In this document: piece by piece, positions 1 to 8,292 of the stretch
Position numbering within the stretch: the stretch's first letter is position 1
How the letters are laid out: each line of letters starts with the position of its first letter
IMG/VR virus record: IMGVR_UViG_3300020043_008363
Span: 1-31,134 of that record
Source: a virus
Lineage: Duplodnaviria > Caudoviricetes
Strand: one strand, 5' to 3'
DNA: 31,134 nt
Made by a program: the position numbers and the translations under genes
Notes under the pieces: model-generated
What the model saw: only the letters and a program-made list of their open reading frames with translations
Database searches by the model: none
What the model was told of the DNA's origin: nothing

Positions 1-121
1 CACTGGCGACAGAGTTAAGCGCCGTCGCTGCATTGTTGACTAGCCCAGCCTGGGTGATCTGCGACGTGAAGGTGGCCATGTCCATGCCCGAGAGCACGGC
101 GTTCTCCACCTCGCCCTGAAC
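1..121. repeat. Terminal direct repeat, left copy (assembly overlap indicating a circular/complete genome)
   Basis: Bases 1-121 are identical to 31014-31134. The repeat lies inside an ORF that reads through the junction in frame. Confidence 0.97.
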
Positions 122-2944
122 GCGGTTAGCGATCGTTTCAGATGCGACCTGGGTCAGAGCCGCGGACTTTGCGAACTGTTCCGTGGCCGCGGCAGCGAAC
201 TGCTCGGCGGTTCCGGTGACGGCGCCGCGCAGCACGGGCGATGCGGTGCGGACAGCGGACGTGCGCACGATCTCTTTTGCCACCTCGGCTTCCGTGAAGG
301 TGCGGACATCTTCAGCAGCGGCAGCGAGGATGGCTGCGTAGCGGGCCACGAAGGCGGCAAAGACAGCATCGCGCTCGCCTGCCTGCCAGCCGTCCTTAAG
401 TGCGTTAATAGTAGCTGCTCTATGTTCTTCTGCCACGGCCTCAATCTCGGGGCCAAGGGCTGCATCGACAGCGGCGCGGTCATCCGCCAGCGCAACGAAG
501 GCGACGACCTCTTCCTCGGGCCGCAGCGGGCGGTAGGTCAGAAACTCCTGCCCATCGCCGTCGACCACCAGCACGTCATTCTCTTCGCCGAGCTTCGCAG
601 CGCGCCGGATGGACCCCAGGGCAAAGTCGGTCACCAGCTTCTTCACCCACTGCATGCAGACATCGCCGCCGCGAAGGTTAAAGCCGTGCCATGATGGGCC
701 CTGCTCCTTGAACGATTTAGTCGTAGAGTGGCGGGGGTATTCGCTTGCAAAGTACTTAGCCAGGGCGAGGACGCGCGGCCATGCGAGACGCTTGCCTGCA
801 GCGAGGTCGCGGGCGATCATCATGGCGTTAGTGTCAGTGGTTTTGTTCTTGCCTGCCGCGCGGTGAAGTTCGATAGCGGCCTGGGCCAGCGCCTTCACTG
901 CTTCCGGTACCTGAACATCCGGGACATCAGCCAGCTCGGCCGCGGACAGGGCCGCACCATCGCGCTCTGAATCTAGAGCCGCTGTCTTTCTTTCCGCCCA
1001 TGCGCGGCCTGCATCGCCGCCCCACAGGTCCCATGCGATCCGGCCCGCAGAGGGGAAGCCTTCCTCGCCGCTATTGAAGCCAGTGGCTTTAGAGTCAGAC
1101 GCGTGCCGGTCAAAGTAGGCCTTCATGCGCCGCACCGTTTCAGCAGAAAGGCGCTTCTTCTGCGAGATGTCGCGTGCCCGGGCCACACCTACTGCGGTGC
1201 CGCCTCTCCCATGCTCACGCCGCCATGCAAGGGCTCGTTCGGCGATGGTCTTCATCTCATCCGTGGGATGGGTGTCGACATCGCTTTCAGCCAGGTCAAT
1301 GCCGCAGTCGCCGCCGCAGGCACATTCGCTGGCGGACACGGACGCGGGCGCAAACGCGGGCGACTCGCCGATGTTTGCGGGGACCTGAATGTTAGTGCCG
1401 ACGGTGACCGTGCCATCCGGCGACGGGGGCGCGGGCTCCACGGACGGGGGCGGTTCCGGCGGCGGTTCCGGGGGCGGCTCCACAGGCGCGGGCGCAATAG
1501 GCGCCGGCGCGGGGGCCGGTACCGCGGCAAGCTGCGCCTGCACCATGGCGCGGGCGTTCGCTTCACTAATGCCCGCGGACTGGAGCAGGATGACAGCGGC
1601 TTCGGGGGCGACAGGGGCCGGGCCACTCATCGACGTCAGAATCTGCTGCGCGATCTGCAGCGAGCCAACGAGCAGGGGCGCGGGCGTGTCCGCGGTGACC
1701 TCGGGCTGCTGCTCTTTTGGAAGCTCGGGTGCGCCAATGACGCGACGAGCCCACTCTTCATCGCCAGGGCCTTTAGTAATAAGACCGGCCTGCACACCCT
1801 GAACGTAGGCAGCGTAGCCGTCAAGGCCCGTCGTCATCTGCGCAGCCTGCACGCGGAGGATGGGCATGCGGCCTTCATATCCGACCGCGCGTGCGAGCCA
1901 GCTAAACATGCCGCGGCTGGCGCGTTCAAAGATACCATCGACCCAGGCTCGCGCCTTTCTTCCGGCAGCGTCGTCGATGGTCTGTGCCATGGCACGAGAT
2001 CCAAACTGCGAGATGCCGGAGAGGTTATCGTTAAGCATGCGCTGGATGACCGTGTCCCAGTAGGTCAGCTGCGCGATCACATCCGGCCCGGTGCCGGACG
2101 GATACTTCATCTCCACGTCGACCTCTTTAGGTCTAAGAAGATACTTTCGCACGCCGTCCTGGAACTGGCCCGCGATCTCGTTCATCGCATTGATGTCATC
2201 CGTGGAGACGGACGGCCCGTAGCTGATGTCAAGGAAGCCCCACGATTGCTGGTTATAGATACCGGCGTTAAGCGCGGTCTGCTTCCAAAGCTCATAGGGC
2301 TGCAGCAGCGAGCGCAGGATGGACCGGCCTTCCCACTCACCCGCGGTCGCCGTGCCGTGTACAACGTGAACAAGGTCACTGCCGTCGATGTTTGCGTAGC
2401 CGTTGCCCGTGGAGAACTGCACGCCAGCAAGGAAGTAGCCCTCGGGCCGCCACAGCATGACAGACTGGTGCGCCACTGGGTACCACTCCACGCCGCCGCT
2501 GGGCAGCAGGCGGGGAAGCATGAGGCCGAAACCCATGAAGGCGTCGTAGATGGGATACTGCCAAAGCGCGTTCGCGCCCTCCAGCGTGCCATCGAAGACG
2601 ACCGCCTCATCAATCGCGCAGCGCTGGCACAGGTCGATGAAGGCCTGCTCTTCCGCGGTGGGCGGGTTAGGGTGCGGCCAGCAAACTTCTTTAGGCAGCG
2701 ATGCAGCTTCCGTGATGGCCCAGTAGACGGCCGCGGAAATGCCGCCGTGGGTCTGCATCATCTCCTGGTACTTGCCCGAGAGCGAGCCACCGGTGCCGCG
2801 CCGCTGGTATGGCCCGAACGTTGGGTTGGGGTCGGCATTAGGCAGGCCCGCCCTGAAGTTCTGCACGCCCATGATGCTGACGCGCTCATCCGCTGCCGCG
2901 TAGCTGATTGGATTACCGCGGCTGTCAAGAAGGGGGCTTACCAT
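1..2944 (-). CDS. Portal - Pro-rich linker - 2x 'LWGGD' domain - MuF-like head morphogenesis fusion, 5' part (continues across the junction to 30769; ~1062 aa total)
   Basis: ATG at 2944 overlaps the terL end (ATGGTAA). Manual translation MVSPLLDSRGNPISY...WEGRSILRSLLQPYELWKQ...FGSRAMAQ... is open to the window edge and in frame with 30769..31122. Position after terL and the GRSILR and GSRA motifs resemble Mu gp29/DUF935 portals. It is absent from the ORF track, probably because it has no stop before the edge. Confidence 0.85.
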   Translation of the reverse strand, partial: MVSPLLDSRGNPISYAAADERVSIMGVQNFRAGLPNADPNPTFGPYQRRGTGGSLSGKYQEMMQTHGGISAAVYWAITEAASLPKEVCWPHPNPPTAEEQAFIDLCQRCAIDEAVVFDGTLEGANALWQYPIYDAFMGFGLMLPRLLPSGGVEWYPVAHQSVMLWRPEGYFLAGVQFSTGNGYANIDGSDLVHVVHGTATAGEWEGRSILRSLLQPYELWKQTALNAGIYNQQSWGFLDISYGPSVSTDDINAMNEIAGQFQDGVRKYLLRPKEVDVEMKYPSGTGPDVIAQLTYWDTVIQRMLNDNLSGISQFGSRAMAQTIDDAAGRKARAWVDGIFERASRGMFSWLARAVGYEGRMPILRVQAAQMTTGLDGYAAYVQGVQAGLITKGPGDEEWARRVIGAPELPKEQQPEVTADTPAPLLVGSLQIAQQILTSMSGPAPVAPEAAVILLQSAGISEANARAMVQAQLAAVPAPAPAPIAPAPVEPPPEPPPEPPPSVEPAPPSPDGTVTVGTNIQVPANIGESPAFAPASVSASECACGGDCGIDLAESDVDTHPTDEMKTIAERALAWRREHGRGGTAVGVARARDISQKKRLSAETVRRMKAYFDRHASDSKATGFNSGEEGFPSAGRIAWDLWGGDAGRAWAERKTAALDSERDGAALSAAELADVPDVQVPEAVKALAQAAIELHRAAGKNKTTDTNAMMIARDLAAGKRLAWPRVLALAKYFASEYPRHSTTKSFKEQGPSWHGFNLRGGDVCMQWVKKLVTDFALGSIRRAAKLGEENDVLVVDGDGQEFLTYRPLRPEEEVVAFVALADDRAAVDAALGPEIEAVAEEHRAATINALKDGWQAGERDAVFAAFVARYAAILAAAAEDVRTFTEAEVAKEIVRTSAVRTASPVLRGAVTGTAEQFAAAATEQFAKSAALTQVASETIANRVQGEVENAVLSGMDMATFTSQITQAGLVNNAATALNSVAS

Positions 2945-4191
2945 GTGGCGACCTTATGTGCTGTGTTAGTAGCAGGCGAAGTTATTATTCTGCGGCTGTC
3001 CGGCCTGATGCCAAGGTGCTCGGCGCCATGCCATGCGAGGGCGTGGGCACAGACGCAGTCATCGTGCGCACCTGATCCGCCGTTATAAAAGACTTTACCT
3101 GCTCTGACGGAATATTCAAAGGCCTCTAGTTCCGCTTGATGGGGTCCCACAAGAACGGATGTGCGTCCCTGCTGGATGGCCATTGCAAGTCCGACCATGA
3201 GCCCTTGTTTAGACGTATTAGTGAAAATGAAGGCTTCTGCTGCGATGCGGGCTTGCGTGAGCTGCTCGCCAACCGGGTCGCCGACACCCGTCGCATCGTA
3301 GTAGACCACCGCTTTACTTCCAGTTCCAACAATAGATCTAACATTTTCGACGATGTTTGAGTACGGAAGGCCATGCCACCTGTGGAATGCTGCGACCCGC
3401 CGATGCGAGTCTAGACCGATCAGGACGGTGTAATCGCGCTTTCTGGCGATGTCCAGGCCCCATACTCGCACGGGGTCCCCCGAGACGGGGGCGATGCAGT
3501 TTGCGATCGCGTCGATGCCGAAGGGGTTCCCGCCATCGTCCGATGGCTCGCAGTAGTATAGCTCCCTGAACACTGAATGAGGCAGTGAGCGGCGCGCCAT
3601 GTCCAGGTCGTTCTCATCCCAAAGGCCGGCCGCGATGGCGTCATCGGCCGTGATGCGGTGGTAGGCAAAGCCAGGCTCGCCGCTCTCGCCGCGGCGGCTC
3701 CACTGGTAGTGCCGGTTACTGCGGCCGCGCACGTTTCCGATCAGGCGCATGCGGCCGCGGGTCGCGGTGGTGGTACTGTACACAGCGTCCACGGCATCGT
3801 CCTTCATGCGGGATGCCTCATCTAGAACTACTGAATGGACGGCCGAGCCGTAGAGATTATCCGGTTTATCAGCAGAGCGGAAGCTCCAGCGCCGGTCCCC
3901 GGGCGCGAGGATGCTGCGGTCGGACAGCGACTGCTTAAAGCCAGCGTGTCCACGTACGAGCGACCACGCCAGCCTGAAGGCCATATCAGCCTGGGGGTAG
4001 ACGGGCGCGACCCACCAGTGCTCAGTCCCAGGCGAGGCCTTGAGTATCTCCCCTATTTGCCAAACCACGGAACCGATCGTCTTGCCGGCTTTAGTGGTAG
4101 ATTCGATGCAGCAGATGCGCGCCGGGTCGCACAGCGCGTCATACTGCTTTGCATAAAGCTTCGGCAGATTGAAGGTGACGCTATTCGTCAT
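2938..4191 (-). CDS. terL: Terminase large subunit
   Basis: Walker A-like STTKAGKT, Walker B VVLDEA, RNase H-like nuclease motifs GLDIARKRDYT, YDATGVG and HDDCVCAHALA. Confidence 0.95.
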   Translation of the reverse strand: MTNSVTFNLPKLYAKQYDALCDPARICCIESTTKAGKTIGSVVWQIGEILKASPGTEHWWVAPVYPQADMAFRLAWSLVRGHAGFKQSLSDRSILAPGDRRWSFRSADKPDNLYGSAVHSVVLDEASRMKDDAVDAVYSTTTATRGRMRLIGNVRGRSNRHYQWSRRGESGEPGFAYHRITADDAIAAGLWDENDLDMARRSLPHSVFRELYYCEPSDDGGNPFGIDAIANCIAPVSGDPVRVWGLDIARKRDYTVLIGLDSHRRVAAFHRWHGLPYSNIVENVRSIVGTGSKAVVYYDATGVGDPVGEQLTQARIAAEAFIFTNTSKQGLMVGLAMAIQQGRTSVLVGPHQAELEAFEYSVRAGKVFYNGGSGAHDDCVCAHALAWHGAEHLGIRPDSRRIITSPATNTAHKVATW

Positions 4192-4597
4192 CGCTGGCGA
4201 TCCGGTCCACGCGGGGGATTACCACATTAAAAGTAACGGGCTTGCCGTCGGATGTGACATCGACCGCGCTTCGCTGCACAGCGTCAAGACCTAGAAGCTT
4301 TGCCCGCCGCTCTTCGATGGAGAGCGCGACCGCGATCGCCTTCGCGTCCCCGGCCTCCACGCGGTCCCACAGGGCATCCATCATGCTGTCCAGGCGGTCC
4401 TGCGCGCCAGCCATGTGGGTCTCCACCGTCTCTTGAATCACTGCTTTGTTTTGCGCGTAGGCCGCGGTGATGAGCACGCCCACGTACGAGGTGGAGATGC
4501 CAAGCTCATCCGCGATCTGGACATATTTCTTTCCGCGCAGCCGCAGCTCCCAGGCCCGGCGCATGAAGTCCGCTCGCTCTTGCTTGCTATAGCCCAT
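4181..4597 (-). CDS. terS: Terminase small subunit (HTH)
   Basis: N-terminal HTH (YVQIADELGIS), C-terminal RRAKLLGLDA..DVTSDGKP. Overlaps the terL start. Confidence 0.85.
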   Translation of the reverse strand: MGYSKQERADFMRRAWELRLRGKKYVQIADELGISTSYVGVLITAAYAQNKAVIQETVETHMAGAQDRLDSMMDALWDRVEAGDAKAIAVALSIEERRAKLLGLDAVQRSAVDVTSDGKPVTFNVVIPRVDRIASDDE

Positions 4598-4603
4598 GGT
4601 TCC

Positions 4604-4774
4604 TCATTCTTCCTCGCGCGATTCCGGGTCAATCCCCTCAAAAAAGGCCCAAAGATCAGCACTAAGACGTTCACTTAGCGCCGCTAACTGCTCATGCAGC
4701 TCGGCCTTTCTGATGGGGTCCGGCTGCTGTGCGATGGCCGAAGAGATGTGCATCAGCGCGTTAACAATAGACAT
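4604..4774 (-). CDS. Small hypothetical protein upstream of terS
   Basis: GGAGG 5 nt before the ATG at 4774 (alternative ATG 4786). Ends 6 nt before terS. Confidence 0.6.
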   Translation of the reverse strand: MSIVNALMHISSAIAQQPDPIRKAELHEQLAALSERLSADLWAFFEGIDPESREEE

Positions 4775-4834
4775 GTCGACCTCCATCTCCTCGCACGCCT
4801 ACTGCGCATCCTGAACAAAAGCAAGAGAAGACCT

Positions 4835-4918
4835 GGGGGTCCCCACTACGCGTTCCGGGTCCGGGGGTCCCCACTACGCGTTCCGGGTCCGGGGGTCCCC
4901 ACTGCGCGCTCCGGCCCG
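4835..4918. repeat. 28-bp tandem repeat x3 (GGGGGTCCCCACTACGCGTTCCGGGTCC)
   Basis: Two exact copies (4835-4862, 4863-4890) and one degenerate copy (4891-4918), with no spacers. Confidence 0.93.
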
Positions 4919-4959
4919 CGGCCACCGGGCCCGGCCCTTGAACGCCAAGGGGGGTCCCC

Positions 4960-5340
4960 CAAGTTAGTGCCCCAAACTCCGGGGGCGGGTGCCCCAAAGA
5001 TTTAGTCCTTCCATTACAGGCACTTGGAACGAAAAACCCCCCAAAAACCCACTGCCCCAAAAACGCGCGAGATATACCCCTCTATAGACTCATTTCAGTA
5101 GTGTTCGTGTTTTACACTACTAATAGTACTTTAAGTGTTATACACGAACACACGAAAAACCACATCTCTACCTAGTATGTGCTACGCTAAAACATGGGGC
5201 ATCTGGGGCACTACTAGAATACTATAGATAATAAAAGAAAGAATATACTATATATACATACACTTACCTACTACCTACCCCCTCCCCATAGCCGCCCCAA
5301 GCCCTGGGGCATCACGGGGGCAGCACTGGGGCACTAAGGG
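4960..5340. other. Putative replication origin (oppositely oriented TGCCCCA iterons, AT-rich core, inverted repeat)
   Basis: TGCCCCA at 4968, 4990, 5053. TGGGGCA at 5195, 5204, 5305, 5327. Inverted repeat GTGTTCGTGT (5101) / ACACGAACAC (5142). AT-rich tract at ~5210-5270. Directly upstream of the primase-helicase. Confidence 0.6.
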
Positions 5341-5415
5341 GGGTTTGGAGGGCAAAAACGACCCCGCAGCCCTCCACGGCCACCCAGCCCGGAAACTTAA
5401 AGTATACCACTCCCC

Positions 5416-5445
5416 TTGACTCCACACCTAGATCATGTACATGTA
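5416..5445 (+). promoter_or_regulatory. Sigma70-like promoter with TACATGTA box
   Basis: TTGACT at 5416-5421 and palindrome TACATGTA at 5438-5445 over the -10 position. A second candidate TTGACG-N17-TACAGA lies at 5489-5517. Confidence 0.55.
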
Positions 5446-5576
5446 TACCTTCAGTGGTGTACTTTAAGGCCGAAAACGGCAGAAGTGCTTGACGTTAACG
5501 CCGCCCGTGGATACAGACCCTTCCCCTTCCAACCCGCAGCCCTCCCCGGGGCCGCACAGCAAAGAGAGAGTGAACC

Positions 5577-8225
5577 ATGATGTTAGAAGCAGCCCTAGAC
5601 TACGCCGCCCGTGGGTGGCACGTCTTCCCCGTCAACAGCGCTAAAGAGCCGCTAGTAGAGCGCGGCCTGAACGCAGCGACGACAGACGAAGCACAAATCC
5701 GCGCCTGGTGGACCGCCATGCCCAACGCAGCCATCGGTGTGCGGACGGGTGCGATATCCGGCATCGCGATCCTGGACCTGGACATGAAGGGGGAGGACAT
5801 CGCAACGATCATCGCGGACGTGGAAGCCATCGGCGGGCCCATCCCAAAGACGGCCGTCTCAATCACCGGCGGCGGTGGCAGGCATTACCTATTCAAGGTC
5901 GCACCCGGCACCACGATCAAAAACTCCACCGGTGCCATCAGAAAGCGCGTCGACGTCCGCGGAGAGGGCGGATACTTCGTCGCACCGCCTTCAATGCACG
6001 CCAGCGGCAAGCGCTATGAATGGCAGGCGGACATCGAACCAGCAGACGGCGCCTGGCTGGCTGCCCTCATTGAGAAGACGGCACCGCGCCGCCAGCGCGT
6101 GAAGAAGGCCACTGCGGAAGGCCTGGGGGATACCTCTTGGGTCCGGGAGGCGTTGACCTTCATCGACGCGGACTGCGGCTACGATAAATGGTTCCGCATC
6201 TGCAAGGCACTGACCCTGCTCGGCGACGCAGGCTGGCCACTGTTTCTAGAGTGGAGCGCATCCGCACCGCAGGTCTTCGATGAGAACGCATGCGGAAAGC
6301 AGTGGTCCGCGTGCGCGTCCTCACCGGCACCCGCAGACGGGGGCATCGGCCTGGGCACCATCGCAAAGGCAGCCCGTGATGGCGGATGGCGTGGCGACAC
6401 CGGAACAGCAGCGCCAGCCGCTTCCCCGTCCACGGACGCGCAGGGGGACACCCCATACATCGAAGATAATAACCGCCTGTACCGCGTTGACTCTAAAGGC
6501 AAACGATACCTGGTCTCCTCCCCGCCCTTTTACGTCATCGACCGCGTCATCGAAGTCGTCGACGGCACGGAAAGCCTGAAGGTGGCCTGGGAGTCAGACG
6601 GGCGCCGGAAGGAAGCAGTTCACGCACGGGACACGCTGCTTAATGCAAAAAACATTACCAGCCTTCTTAACACCGGCTTCCCTGTGTCCTCTACCACGGC
6701 CGCCGAGGCGGTCGCCTACATCCAGCATGAGGAGCTTTCCCTCATCGAAGAGTGCCGCCACAGCCGCACGGCGCGCGTCCTCGGGTACCATGGCAAGGGC
6801 TTCCTCTACGGAAACGAAAAGTTTGGCGATGCACCAGATTTTCAAGCCGCAGATGAAACCTCACGCGCGCTGGTGGCAAACATCCACACCCGCGGAAGCA
6901 TGGCCGCCTGGTCGCGCCACATTGCCCCATTCATGGTGGAGTACCCAATACTCCGCACCTGTCTAGCCGCAGCCGTCTCCTCCCCCCTTCTTCGCCACCT
7001 GGGGCCCACGGCACGGCCCTTCATCATCGACCTCGCGGGAGAGACGGGCGTCGGTAAGTCGCAGATGATGCAGATCGCCATGTCTGCCATCGGCGACCCG
7101 CTCCACATGAACACCACGTTTGAAGACACGGCCATTGCCCTTGGAACCTACACGGCCCTCTTCGCAGACCACACGGTCGCCATCGACGAGTCTAAGAAGT
7201 GGAAGGGCAAACGGGAGACCCTTGCCCCCCTCATCTATTCCCTCATGGGCGATCGCGGGCGCGGCCGCGGCCTCCCACAGGTTGGCCGCATGCAGAAGGC
7301 GGAACGCTACGCTTCCGTCCTCATCACCACGTCAGAATACCCCCTGAAGTCGGTGACGGGTGACGGCGGCCTGCGCAGCCGCTGCATGACCATCCACACT
7401 CACCCGTGGAAGGAACAGTCACCGGCAGCCGCATTAGCAGTAAACAGCTGCCTCTCCGGCGTGATGAAGAACTACGGCCACGCCTGCCGCCTCATCGTGG
7501 AGTCCATCATGGGCTGGGATGAAGCTGCCGCCGAGTCAGTGCGTGAGACCTGGGCCCTGTGGAAAGAGCACTACATGGACGCAGCAGCAGCCACAAACAG
7601 CAATCATAAAATCGCTCCCCGCCAGTCGGAGTATGCAGCCACGTTAGCACTAGCTGGCAGCATCCTCCACGGCCTGATGGTTCAGGCAGCCCCCGAGCTT
7701 GCGAACGATGCCGCCTTCATGGCCATCGAAACCGACATGCTGCCGGCATCCCTGTGGACCATGATGCTGGATGAGAGCGAGGACGCGGACAGACCAGAAT
7801 CAGCAATGAAGACCATCCTCTCTCTTACAGCGCAAGAGCCGGACCGCTTCACCACCTTCGGCGCCGCGGACAGTGGGCTGTCGCCCCACGGCGGCTTCTA
7901 CGGCGGCATCACCATCGAAGCATCAGAGATAAAGGAACTCGCCCTCTTCCCGCAGGCCATGAGGGACCTTCTGAAACGGTTCGGGTACGACGTGGACACC
8001 ATCATCACGGCCTGGGCGAAGCGCGGGTGGCTGAAGATGGACGGCAAGCGCGCCGACAGGAAGGTCACCATCGGAGGCAGACGCGTCCGCGCCTACTGCC
8101 TCGCACCGGAAGCCTTCGCCATCGCACAGACGGCCACCCTGCCTGGCGAGGAAGAAGAGGCGCCGCGCCCCTCCACACCAAAAGACACATGGAGAGGCAA
8201 CGGAATCTTTGGTGGGAGGGCTTGA
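5577..8225 (+). CDS. Primase-helicase: prim-pol (AEP) + PriCT-2 + DUF927/ATPase helicase
   Basis: ALDYAARGWHVFPV, LDLD, GRHYLF, DVRGEGGYFVAPPS (prim-pol). YDKWFRICKAL..WS (PriCT-2). Walker A GETGVGKS and Walker B VAIDE. Confidence 0.9.
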   Translation: MMLEAALDYAARGWHVFPVNSAKEPLVERGLNAATTDEAQIRAWWTAMPNAAIGVRTGAISGIAILDLDMKGEDIATIIADVEAIGGPIPKTAVSITGGGGRHYLFKVAPGTTIKNSTGAIRKRVDVRGEGGYFVAPPSMHASGKRYEWQADIEPADGAWLAALIEKTAPRRQRVKKATAEGLGDTSWVREALTFIDADCGYDKWFRICKALTLLGDAGWPLFLEWSASAPQVFDENACGKQWSACASSPAPADGGIGLGTIAKAARDGGWRGDTGTAAPAASPSTDAQGDTPYIEDNNRLYRVDSKGKRYLVSSPPFYVIDRVIEVVDGTESLKVAWESDGRRKEAVHARDTLLNAKNITSLLNTGFPVSSTTAAEAVAYIQHEELSLIEECRHSRTARVLGYHGKGFLYGNEKFGDAPDFQAADETSRALVANIHTRGSMAAWSRHIAPFMVEYPILRTCLAAAVSSPLLRHLGPTARPFIIDLAGETGVGKSQMMQIAMSAIGDPLHMNTTFEDTAIALGTYTALFADHTVAIDESKKWKGKRETLAPLIYSLMGDRGRGRGLPQVGRMQKAERYASVLITTSEYPLKSVTGDGGLRSRCMTIHTHPWKEQSPAAALAVNSCLSGVMKNYGHACRLIVESIMGWDEAAAESVRETWALWKEHYMDAAAATNSNHKIAPRQSEYAATLALAGSILHGLMVQAAPELANDAAFMAIETDMLPASLWTMMLDESEDADRPESAMKTILSLTAQEPDRFTTFGAADSGLSPHGGFYGGITIEASEIKELALFPQAMRDLLKRFGYDVDTIITAWAKRGWLKMDGKRADRKVTIGGRRVRAYCLAPEAFAIAQTATLPGEEEEAPRPSTPKDTWRGNGIFGGRA

Positions 8226-8250
8226 CTAGTATACCGTACATGTATATAGG
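8222..8250 (+). promoter_or_regulatory. Sigma70-like promoter with TACATGTA box
   Basis: TTGACT(8222)-N17-TATAGG(8245), with TACATGTA at 8237-8244 in the spacer. Confidence 0.6.
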
Positions 8251-8292
8251 ATGAATCACGCCGCAGTTTCGCGGCAAGCAAAGGAGAGAGTC

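Noticed and set aside
1-121. Biological terminal repeat of the virion DNA
   Set aside because: It falls mid-gene and its length is typical of an assembler k-mer overlap, so it is better read as circularity evidence.
1103-3088. 661-aa + strand ORF
   Set aside because: Exact antisense-frame shadow of the portal fusion. Arg/Gly/His-rich with no motifs.
4835-4918. Possible mini-CRISPR array
   Set aside because: Repeats are directly adjacent with no spacers, and there are no cas genes.
4694-5060. ORFs 4694..5005 (+) and 4761..5060 (-)
   Set aside because: Pro/Gly-rich translations of the GC repeats, with no RBS.
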